A stretch of DNA of 56,742 nucleotides, counting the filler, from Platydemus manokwari (lineage: Eukaryota), in the NCBI GenBank assembly GCA_037951405.1. It is 5 parts of 5 records of this genome, joined end to end, with 100 filler letters (N's around TTAATTAATTAA, not from the genome) between each part and the next. Parts side by side here need not be neighbours in the genome. Positions count along the whole stretch, not along the records: positions 1 to 14,293 come from JBBMOY011486972.1; 4 more parts are not named here. One strand, given 5' to 3'. Below, in pieces: positions 1-10,700 of this stretch. The notes under the pieces were generated by a model. That model did not search any database. It worked only from the letters and a program-made list of their open reading frames with translations, and had not been told where the DNA came from. Position numbers and translations under genes: made by a program. Position 1 is the stretch's first letter. Every line of letters begins with the position of its first letter.

Positions 1-49
1 TCATAAGATCTTCAATTTAATATTTAAAAATGAAAAGCCAATTTAAAAA

Positions 50-77
50 AGGCCATTATTTTTGCACCAACCTAATA
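50..77. mobile_element. Right-hand terminal inverted repeat of a cecropia-subfamily mariner (Hsmar1/MADE1-like); element extends beyond window start
   Basis: Reverse complement reads TA-TTAGGTTGGTGCAAAAATAATGGCC, matching the Hsmar1-type TIR TTAGGTTGGTGCAAAAGTAATTGCGG, with a flanking TA. Confidence 0.7.
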
Positions 78-199
78 CAATTCATACAAATAAATCAAAT
101 TTTTACAAGTAGCAAATAAATCATAATCAATAAAAAGTCAAAATATAAGGAATATTCATAAAAATATAAAATTATATCATAATCAATGAATTCAGTTGT

Positions 200-1828
200 C
201 AAAAATATTCACCAGAATATCAAATCCATTAAATGCTCACAAATGTTCGATTTTCACAAATATTCAATTATTGGTATTTGAAAGCAGTACCAGGTCTTTT
301 TTGAATCACGTTTTGTTTTGTTCTTTTATTTCTCCAATACCAATTAGATTTCTTGACATTGTACACTGGACCTGGTCACTGTGTGGCTATGTCCATTTAT
401 CGAATTATAATTTTCCATTTAAGTCGGCTGGGATTGATTGTGTAGGCATAGAAATGTTTGGAGTGGTAAAATAAGGGTTCCAAGGTGTAAATTTGTTTTC
501 ATTTTGTGAGATTGATCTGTGTCCAATAAATATTAAAAATCCCACAAACAATTACTAAATTATTAAATGTAAACAATATTTTATAAAAAATTTCTAATTT
601 GTGAATAACCAAAGTCAAGAATTTTGATAATAAAATATGATGACAAATAAAAATACAGACACAAATAATACAGCGTTCTTTAATCATAACTTTAGGATAA
701 AAGTATGATCTTTGTTTCCCATTCTATTATTGATGTTTGGCCAGTTTTTTCAGGTTTTGAATATATTTAGAAATTTGAAATTTACTCTTTACAAATAATA
801 ATAACAATTGCATTTTTACTTTGTTTCTTTTGGCTTGGCAGTCATGTAGAATATTAAAACTTTTCCAGTTACTGCTTGGCATATAACAATAACTTGAAGA
901 AAATCGGTAAAGGGTTCGAAAAAATATTTAGATCATCGCTTCGTACAGATTATTCTTGGCTAATAATGGACTCTTACAATTTAGTATCTGCTAAAATGTT
1001 ATAGTTAATTGAGTAGATGGAGATTCAAACAATGATCTGATCCAAATGAGAATAGTAGGTTGCGTGTATAATTCGAGTAGTATAATAAGTAGTATAAGTA
1101 TAAGTATAATTGTAATAGTATAATAGATTAATAAAATAATGAAACAATGATATGAGTACTTTTATTATAATATAAAATTATCGAATGTGTAATGCTAAAA
1201 TATTAACAGAGGCTTAGTGTTTGCCCTGAAGATGAGAACAGCCGACATAGGGAACTAGGGGCCACCCTACTTCGACAATAAATTAAAGAAATGCATTTAG
1301 ATTGCAAACACTTTCGGTTTTACAATTAGTTTTTTAGCCCTGAAAATTTCATCGAGCTTTATGAGGGGATGAGTGAAATTTAATTAATAAAGTTTATCAT
1401 TGGCAAGGATTTGGAAAATTAATTGATTGTAAATATATAGAAGAATAATAGGAGGATGCTGTCCCGAGCTTAATGGTGAAGAATATCCCTAAGCTCATTG
1501 AAAATGACTGATTAAAAAATTCCGCTGGATTGAGGCTAATCCGAAAAGAATGTCGTCGCGTATGAGCGTAGATAATGCGCAGTTAATATACCAAATCAAT
1601 GAGCTGAAGTTTTCGCAAATTGAATGTGCAATTGAATTGCTGAGGAAACATCGTTCTGAAGTTTCTCCCAGAAATTAATGTACATATTCCCCATTTTGAG
1701 CCAGGGTTTATATACCCGGATTGTTTGTGGGGATGATGACTAATTTTTCTGCTAATTATGTTCTTCCTTAGTAAGTTACTTATTTTCCATGGTGATTCAA
1801 ATTTACTAATCCTCTCACCTTAGTAACA
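200..1828 (-). mobile_element. Decayed LTR retrotransposon 5' end: LTR (about 997-1828), PBS-like site and degenerate gag
   Basis: Segment 997-1828 is bounded by TGTTA...TAACA. It has a minus-strand TATATAAA (about 1707-1714) and AATAAA (about 1161). On the minus strand it is followed by TTTTAGCAG (PBS-like) and a broken zinc-knuckle-like stretch (NYN..NGH / ATQ, about 375-410). A related sequence occurs at about 34260-34420. Confidence 0.35.
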
Positions 1829-3347
1829 TATATATCACCACTGTGATGTGAATTAATTTTAAAATAGCCACGGCAACTCGAATTTAAAATTAATTTTAGA
1901 GTTGGCTTATTAATCTTATTATTCATATTATTCGTGTGAGCTGAATGTACCCAACAGTATTGTGAGGAACAACCCGAGTTGATTGTAATGATAATTCGAA
2001 GTACACATAGAAAACAGTAAACACTAAAAATAAATTCTAGAAATTCTCGAAAGGCAGAAAATCATAGTTTTCTGTAAAAAATTAACATTTAGAATTTTGA
2101 GATAGGCTGCAAATTTGAATAATTTCTGAATTAGAGACTCCAAGATATCTCTTCACCCTTTAAATCTTTTATTTCCAAAATTATGTCGCTTTTCCATTCA
2201 AAGTCAGGCTCACAAAAAATTTTCTGGTATCAACTAACAATGAAATCTAAAAATTATTATTTAAACTACAGACTCACAAGTTCGACACGTCAACATGCAC
2301 AATTAAAATCGTATTGCAATACAAAAGTAAATTATCGCTCAAGATGATAATTTGCAGAATGATACAGATAAAATGCAGATTGACAATCAGAGAAATCACA
2401 CAAAGTCAAAGAGCACAGTGAAATAAGAATAAATTCTGTAAACACATAGTGTTCATAGAATAATGATAACATAAATAAGATAAATTTTATAAGATAAATA
2501 CTGAAATAATTTTAAATAATAATCTTCTAAACAAAATATCATTTAAAATATCAGTAGTCATTATTCGTAATTATTTTTTCATCAAAATTAATTGACGTTA
2601 AAACTGTTGATCAAATAAATGAGGTTTGGTGGCTTAAATGATTTTGGTTGCATATTGTACAAATCTGAATTTAGAATTTAATAATGAATTAACTGTAAAT
2701 TTTAAAGGATAATGAATGTATTGCACAATTTCAAAACACAATCACCAAATCAAGACATAAAACTAACAATTGGCAAAACTCTTCAACTTTTTATTTGGAT
2801 ATTGGAAAGTGCTTATTAATTTATGCGTGGATCCTGTTCAACCGTATTATTTTGTATTGTTTGAAAATTGCTCAAATATAAATTATAATTATTTAAAGTA
2901 AATGCAATAAACAATTTATATCAAGTGTTGGTGAAACTTAGGTGATATTCAAGGTATACCTTTATCAAGTGTGATATTGCACAATTGAAACATTTCACAA
3001 TTTTTACAAATTTACTCAAGGAATAAATTTCTAAACCACTATATTTTAACCGAATGAGTTTCCTTCATAAATCACAGTACTTGGGTTGAATCGTTGATCA
3101 AAGCTAAAATGAACATTTAAATTAAACTTGAACTAACAGTCCATCCATATTTACTAAGATTTCAAAATAATTCTGAAATTATTGTAATATCTTTAAAATC
3201 TGTTTAAGGCTTTTGATAAGGCATCTATAGCTTAGTTTCATAAGTTAATTGTAATTGATGCTTAATGAAAAATATTTTAACGACATTATCGTATCTTACT
3301 TTTGTTTTATTAAATTAATATTTATTTATTATCTGTATAATTTTAAA

Positions 3348-6300
3348 ATGGATTTAAGGAAAGACGGTATTTAATTTCATAATTCATATTTAGCCTATGT
3401 ATAATTGATTTTTAATTTAGATACCGAACGGGCTGTTAATTTGCTTAAATTTTATAAATCTAAACTTAACAAGTCAGATGAAAAATCATTACGAAAAGCG
3501 ATGGATAAATTAATTGATACTCTCGAATCACCTTTGTTTTCTGCTTTATTGGGTTAAAATACTTTTATTTTAATATCAAAAAAGAAATATCTTTTAATTA
3601 GACATCCAAGAATTTTACGAAGTGTCTCTGTCAACAGCAATTGATGGCAATCAACCCAAAACACAACAGATTGTCGAGGAAATTCACGAGCCGGAACACG
3701 AATCTCCAACTAAAGTAAAAAAAGAACGATCGAAAAAAGTAGCGTATTTATCATCATATTTATAAATACATCGCTTTTTTCTATTTCATTATTGTTAATT
3801 TTTTTATTTTCAGTCGAGACGACATCATAAATCGGAAGAAGATGATGAACCGAATGAAATAGAAGTTCACCGTCAAACTAAAGAAAATTCACCTGGTAAG
3901 TATAATAAAATTGTTAAAGGGAATATTTAACATTGACAGTTTTAATGCGAAGTATATAGATTTATTAAAAATTATTTGTTTTCAGTACATCTTGTAATCA
4001 TAGTTCTTAATTTATTTTTAAATGACATAATAATAATAATTTAATTTCTGTTTAAAATTTCATCTTGATCTGGTTCCGTATTAAATGATAAATGCTTAAC
4101 ATGCAGTTTGGGTTCTGATAGAAAATTGAATATGATTATATAATTATTCACGGTTATGTAATTTTCTACCCGAAACAGGTCCGGTATCACCAAAACAAAC
4201 TCATCACGACTATCAAGATTCCAAACCGACACACCAGCAAGAAGAATATGCAATACAAGACGATCACGAAGATGATAGCCAAAACCCTTGGATCACCATG
4301 GAAATTAATTTGGTAAAAGGCAAAAAGGGTTATGGATTTGCCGTTGCTGGAGGTTACAACAAACCTCACTATGAAGGTCACAATGGAATATTTGTGACCA
4401 AAATAATACCGGAAGGTGCTGCCGAGGTCGATGGGCGATTAAGGTAGGTCATGAAGATCATAGCATATTTCATACAATGATATTCATGATCATGTTTTGT
4501 TTTTATAAATTATCTTTGATTTATTAGCATAATTCTATTTTTTCTTTTTGACATCGCTTGACCTTAAAATGTTGTCTATTAAAAATCGCTTTAAAAATTG
4601 AAACACATTTGCAGATTTTGGCGTTGTCCGAGATGAGATATCATTTTGGTTGCTTTGTTGGTCATTTTTGGGTGTTATTTTCTACAATTTAATCGTTTAG
4701 TTGCGCGCATCTTATTGGTTATTCTTTGATTGTGTGCTGTTTTGAAGATAGAGCATTTTCACAATCATATGGTTGGGCTTAACAATTGAAAATTATCAGC
4801 TACAATATCATTAGGAAATATTTCATTATTCTATCAAAGATTTATGTTTTTGTGATTTATTTGTTATATATTTGCTATATGTTTGTCATTTTTCTCATTC
4901 GTGAAATTTATCTTTAAATTTTCGACACGCACCAGTGAATTGCTTCATATCATTTATTTTTTAAATTATTATCCATTGTTATTTCATTACTAAAATGCTA
5001 TCTATTGTTGTTTCATTTTTTTTTAAATATTGTTTTCCAGTTTTCCCTATGATTTTTCTCGTTCTTGAAATTTATCTTTAAATTTTCGACACGCATCAAT
5101 GAATTGCTTCATATAATTTATTTGTAAATTATTACCCGTTGTTATTTCATTACTAAATTGCTATCTATTGTTGTTTCATTTGCTAAATATTGCTTTCCAC
5201 TTTTCCTTGTGATTTTTCTCGTTTCTAAAATCTATCTTTAAATTGCCGACACGCATCAATAAATTGCTTCATTCGTTATTGTTAATATATCCATTGTTGT
5301 TTTGTTGCTAAATATTGCTTTTTACTTTTCAAAAGTGAGGTTCATTGTGATTTTTCTATTTATCCTTAAATAGTCGACACGCACTAATGAATTGCCTCAT
5401 TCTTTAATGGTAAATATTTGCTCTTCACTCTTCTTTGTGATTTTTCTCGTTTGTAAAATTTATCTTTAAATTGTCGACATGCACCAATGAATTATTTCAT
5501 ATCATTTATCTTTAAATTATTATCCATTGTTATTTCATTACTAAATTGCTATCTATTTTTGTTTCATTGCTAAATATTGCTTTCCACTTATCCGTGTTAT
5601 TTTTCTCGTTTGTGAAATTTATCTCAACTATTGTCTTCAATGAATTCCCTCATTCTTTATTGGTGAATATTTGCTCTTCACTCTTTTCTGTGATTTTTCT
5701 CGCTTGTGAAATTTATTGGTAAGTGCTCGATAAACATTAATGAATTACCTCATATTCTTTATTGCTAAATTCTTATCCATTGTTGTTTCATTTGTTTAAT
5801 ATTGCATTTCACTCTTCAAAAGCTGGTTTCCTTGTGCTTTTTCTCGCTTGTGAAATTTATCTTTAAATAGTCGACACGCACTAATGAATTCCCTCATATT
5901 CTTTATTGCTAAATTATTATCCTTTATTTCTTAATTTGCTTATTATTACATTTCACTCTTCAAAAACTAGTTTCTTTGTGATTAACTCTTGTATTCGTTA
6001 TGATAAAATCATTGATTATATTCATTATGATGCTTCATTTTGTAATTAATTAGAATTGACGATGTGATTGCGTCGGTCAATGATGTCGATCTCGAATATG
6101 TAACACATGAAACTGCAGTGGAAACATTGAAAACTGCTGGCCAAAATATGACTTTGGTAATCCATGTTTAAGAATAAAACCATATTTAATTATGCAATAA
6201 TCAGATCATAAATCGTTTAAAAGACGAATATTTCGCCAACGATAATGTCCATCTTGAAGAAGCGCAACCAACTTCATCGAATGCTGGCTATTATTCACCA

Positions 6301-9300
6301 GAACATGATGCATATCAAGAAGAAACGGGTGAGGTGACAAATTTCCAACAATTTGAAATAACATTGGTTAAACGAGCGGGTGGTGGATTGGGAATTAGTA
6401 TTCAAGGAGGTTATGATCCTGATAATCATCAGGATGATTCTTACATATCAATTTCGAAATTGACTCCCGGTGGGGTGGCAGATACCGATGGACGACTTCA
6501 AGTTGGAGATTTCATTTTGCAGGTAATTGTTGAAATTTTCCAGCACCTTGACAGTTTATTAAAATTTTATATTTGATATTAATTTGAAATTAAAATTTAT
6601 ATTTTTTATCAACAATATTGATTGATTTTAATAATATTGATAAAAATAATAATTTATTCCAATCAATAAATTACATTATTGATAAATGATTGATTTTTTA
6701 CAAGGTTGATGATCAACCTCTCAATGGTGTAACACATGATGAAGCTGTTAATTTGATGAAAAACACTGGCAAACAAGTCACTTTATATGTGGGACGATTT
6801 ATTGAAAGTTAGTTTATTATTCATTATATAATATATAATGCTGTTTTTTATGTTTTTCCATTCATAAGCATCTCTAATTTATGACATTTATCATATATTG
6901 TTTACAAATTATTTTTGTATATATTATCATTATCATTACAATCAATATTTTCACAAAATCTTTTTATTGTTTTCTTTCAATTTAAAAAATTAATTTCAAA
7001 TCTAAATATAATACAAAACAATGTTGGTTAATTTCACAATCATATTAAGTTAAGTAAATCTTAGATATTTTATTTGTTAAAATATTCGAAAAAATGCGTG
7101 TTATTTTTAAAACAATAATTTTTTATGCAAACAAACGATGGTTTTACTGGCAACCACGTCGAATAAATTCTCTTACAAGAGTCAAAAGAGAAGAGAGACA
7201 AATTTTTTTGCGAATCTGCTCCAAAACACCCAGGAGTTATTGATTCCGAAATCGTAGTTCTTCGATATATCAATCCAAGATGCTGACAAATAGTTCCAGA
7301 CAACCAAGGATTTCGCCACATTTGATAAAATGAAACTGTCATTTGCATTTTGCAAGGATATAGTAGTTTCAAAAAAACTTTTTCGAATGAAGAGAGAGAA
7401 ATAGTTTATGGAAGCTTTCTAACATACCAAGATAGTGTATGACGAGGTTTTTACATAAAATCTTTTCATTGTTTTCTTTCTAGTTAAAAATCTATTTCCA
7501 TCAAATTAAAATTATTATTTTAATGTAATTTAAAATCTAATTATAATACAAAATCATATTATATTGACTATTAAAATCATCTTCAAAATCGGTAATTTTA
7601 TTAAAAAATATTTGAAATATCTGATGTGTGTTATTAACAAAATATTATTCATAAACCATCAATGTAAGCCGCTACTATTTTATTAAACACGCATCGAAAA
7701 CGAACTGAAACGACATGATATCAAATTATATATATTTAAATACAATTATATAAGCAAATTATAGGATTGGAATGAAAATCTTGTCCAATAGAAAATAATA
7801 TTTATTTAATCAAATGAAGACAATATGCGAATTGAGAAATGTAAACAAATCATTAATCGTCTGTAAATATAAACAAATTCAATATTTTATGAGGAAATAT
7901 ATAGTTTAAATCCATTTTTAAATCCTTTTGTCAATGTTAAATTTCTATCTTATAATTAAATAATTGTTTCAGATAGCTATCATTTAAAAACTTATTATTT
8001 TGTAGCATACAAAGAAGTTTAAGCGAAGTGACTTGACAAAGCTGACGTATTTTTTAAGTTTTTAAAAGTTTCATTTCCTTTACTAAGATCGGTTTTACGG
8101 TAAAAACGCATCCACCATACTTCCCAGACTTTGCCCCTTCAGATTATTACTTGTTTTCTCCTAAGAAAAACTCGCTTCAAAACCTGCGAAATTTTATGAA
8201 AACGGCATAAAACAACTCCCAGAACACTGGAAAAAGTGTGTGGGCCTTAATGGTGACTATTTTCAACATTTCAGATTTACGGACGAATGATGTTTGGTTT
8301 ATATTTCTCAATTTACATATTTTCTTTATTGGTTAAATAAATATTATTTCCTATCGGTCAAGACTTTCGTTCCAATCCTATAATATAATTTTATATAAAA
8401 TCCAATTTTATCAAATTAAATATTTAAAAATCTAATTTAACTTAATGTTCTCGCATAACTAATTAACATAAATTATTAATTTAGATTCTCCTATTTTATA
8501 TTAATATCTATTAAAAATATATTTTCTAATGTTTTATTAATTAAAACATTCATAACTAAATTTGATAGCATTGATGAAAGCAAAACAAATTATTTATTCG
8601 ACTTATATTTGATTATTTCAGTGAATCAAGATTTGGAACAGGAACCTGAAGAGCCAGTTGTGGAAAGAACTGGTGAGTAATAGAAAATATAATATATTAC
8701 TTAATTATATTGCATCTTAAAATCCAATATTGCTGTTATCAAATTTCCTAAAATAACAATTTCAATACTCTGATGTTCAATTTTGTCATCCATTTGAGCT
8801 ATTTGAGCTACTGATAGTTAAGAAGCAGCGCACTTCAGCCAAATGATAGAAATATCGATTTGTTGAAATAGAAATCTTTAGTTTATTTGATTGATATTTA
8901 TAATCAATAGTTTTGTGTATTGTTTAGATGAACATTTGTATTCAAACACATTCATTTTTTCAAATGATTTTACAATTGGTTTAAGCTCAGTTAAAATCAG
9001 ATCGATTTTGCGATAACTATTGATTATTGATGAATAAAATATAAACAATATAAATGGATGATATTATCATGAATATTTAGAGAATATTGGGATAAATTTG
9101 AAATTCATATTTCTGTAGATTTTAATCTAAAAAAAATTTCAAGTAAAAAGCAAAATATTTGTGTTCTTGATTAGTAAAACGAAAAGAAAATATTGGAAAT
9201 CAATATGATTGCATTTTGAAAAAAAATACAAAAATATTTCTGATATACAGCGAAATATGTAGCAATTAATTGCTTTCGATTATAATTAAATTAATTGATT

Positions 9301-9382
9301 GTTGGTTGTCATCATTGATATTTATTCTTGATATTCAGAAAAGAAAAAGAAAAAGAAGCATCGAAGGGATAGAGAAGAATGA
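3348..9382 (+). CDS. dlg1: Discs-large (DLG/SAP97)-like scaffold, truncated architecture L27-PDZ-PDZ-polybasic tail, 417 aa, 10 exons
   Basis: Exons 3348-3366, 3421-3552, 3602-3738, 3814-3895, 4179-4443, 6054-6156, 6205-6522, 6705-6807, 8622-8672, 9339-9382; all GT-AG, phase-consistent, 1254 nt. N-terminus MDLRKDDTERAVNLLKFYKSKLNKSDEKSLRKAMDKLIDTLESPLFSALLDIQEFYEVSL aligns with the DLG1 L27 (MPVRKQDTQRAL...LFQALIDIQEFYEVTL). PDZ1 GYGFAVAGG...IFVTKIIPEGAAEVDGRLR...VTHETAV. PDZ2 GLGISIQGG...GGVADTDGRLQVGD...VTHDEAV. Ends EKKKKKKHRRDREE*, with AATAAA about 85 nt downstream. The last two exons are less certain than the first eight. Confidence 0.88.
4885..5985 (+). repeat. Diverged intronic tandem repeat (satellite-like, units about 100-240 nt) in DLG intron 5
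   Basis: Recurring motif GATTTTTCTCG..TGTGAAATTTATCTTTAAAT.GTCGACACGCA..AATGAATT.C.TCAT at about 4890, 5050, 5210, 5350, 5440, 5600, 5690 and 5835. Confidence 0.8.
7081..7185 (+). repeat. Dispersed repeat fragment (copy 1; copy 2 at about 39151-39250)
   Basis: Shared core CTGGCAACCACG(T/C)CGAA(A)TAAAT plus collinear upstream TTTTTAAA..AATAATT..T.ATG.AAACAA at both loci. Confidence 0.6.
7762..8380 (+). mobile_element. Internally deleted mariner element with long (about 110 bp) terminal inverted repeats, in DLG intron 8
   Basis: TA-flanked. 5' TAGGATTGGAATGAAAATCTTGTCCAATAG... is the inverted copy of 3' ...CTATCGGTCAAGACTTTCGTTCCAATCCTA. Internal transposase remnants HPPYFPDFAPSDYYLF (YSPDLAP motif) and GIKQLPEHWKKCVGLNGDYFQ. 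Confidence 0.9.
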
Positions 9383-10414
9383 AAGTCGTTGAATTGAATT
9401 TTATCACCAAACTTTTATATTTCATATCATTATTGGCTGTGTAAGAAATTTTTAGAATTTTTCATAAATAAATTGATTTTTATATTGGGTTTATGTTTTT
9501 ATTATCGCTTAATTATATTTTCTTGTTTTTAATTTATTTATTCATAGTTAACGGAAAAAATTAATTTTTCAATAACTTTATTTGGAATTTATGAGATGCT
9601 TTCAAATTTTTCCAACAACTACTCGGTATTCCATTTTTAAACGATTGCCTTGTTTTGAACACCAAATAATCTCGAATTTGATTTGACCAAATAAGTATTT
9701 GATGTGGTGAAATATCGCATTTTTACAGATAAATGGGAAATCTATTTTCTTTTCGGTATAAATCTGAAAATTTGATGAATCTTTGTGAAATATAGTCAGC
9801 TAAGACATCTTATATCGTTATCAAATTAGAATTGCTTTCTTGAAGTTTTATTTATTTAACTTATCATGGATAAAGTTATCATTTCTGGAATATCTTACTA
9901 AATTTAAGATAAAATTTTTATTAAAGACTTTTTCATTTTCAAAAATATAACTTCTTATTTCTACAGATATCTTCCTCACTATAAATGAGTGAAATTTGTT
10001 TTCGCTACCAGTATTTGTTTGATATCATGACAATTATTCTAAATTTGTGCAGCAATTGCATTTCTTATTTACATCTATTCTTTATAATTGTGATTTTGTT
10101 ATCTTACCTCATATTTTTTATATATAAAAATGTCGGGGGTACATCTGGACCCATAAGAAATCTATCCAGCATATAGCCATGACTAGCCAAAATTTTTCAC
10201 CATGTCAAATGACTTGGTTTCCATCTTTTATTTATTGTAAATTTCCTTATTTATTGTCAATAACACAACTTAAAAAAACAACTTCTTACCCAGTAATGTT
10301 TCCACGATAACATATTTTATCTAAGCAAAGTAAAAAACTGAAAATTGAACTGAATAAAATTTTATTATCTAAACACACTACAATATCAAAATAAAACAAC
10401 ACAAACAAAAAACC

Positions 10415-10700
10415 CATCGTACCGGGTGATCTGTTCTAGTTCGACTAAACCGTATCGGCCGAATTCGTTGTCAATTATTTAAATCATTTTATTAAAAAAT
10501 CAATTCAATGCACTGGAGTAGAATACAAACTCCTTGATGACTCTGGAAAGTCATGATTTTACAATTATTGTACTTATTGGCCTTCTTTGATTCTGATTTT
10601 CATTTTGTACTTGATCCAAAACATTATACTTTATCGCATTGAATCGGTACTGACTGCTTAATCTTTGTGGGAAAGTTCAAATAGAAGTTCAATCTATGCG
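10415..10700 (-). mobile_element. Highly degenerate Ty3/gypsy integrase fragment
   Basis: 10420-10465 resembles 35347-35395 (GTAC..GGTGATCTGTT...TCGGCCG), the SPAEVIFGRKINRSP integrase segment. Upstream VPIQCDKV*CF resembles the integrase IHxDxG motif. Confidence 0.4.

Noticed and set aside
405-845. Two-exon 45-aa minus-strand peptide MTAKPKETK-SISQNENKFTPWNPYF...GKL*
   Set aside because: Phase match could be chance. It lies directly downstream of a putative LTR/PBS and next to a degenerate zinc knuckle, so a decayed gag is more plausible.
1220-1280. Hammerhead ribozyme core (CTGAAGA) as in Penelope-like elements
   Set aside because: No correctly spaced GAAA or supporting stems are visible.
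4885-5985. CRISPR-like repeat-spacer array
   Set aside because: Inter-motif sequences are themselves homologous, units are irregular, the context is a eukaryotic intron and no cas genes are present.
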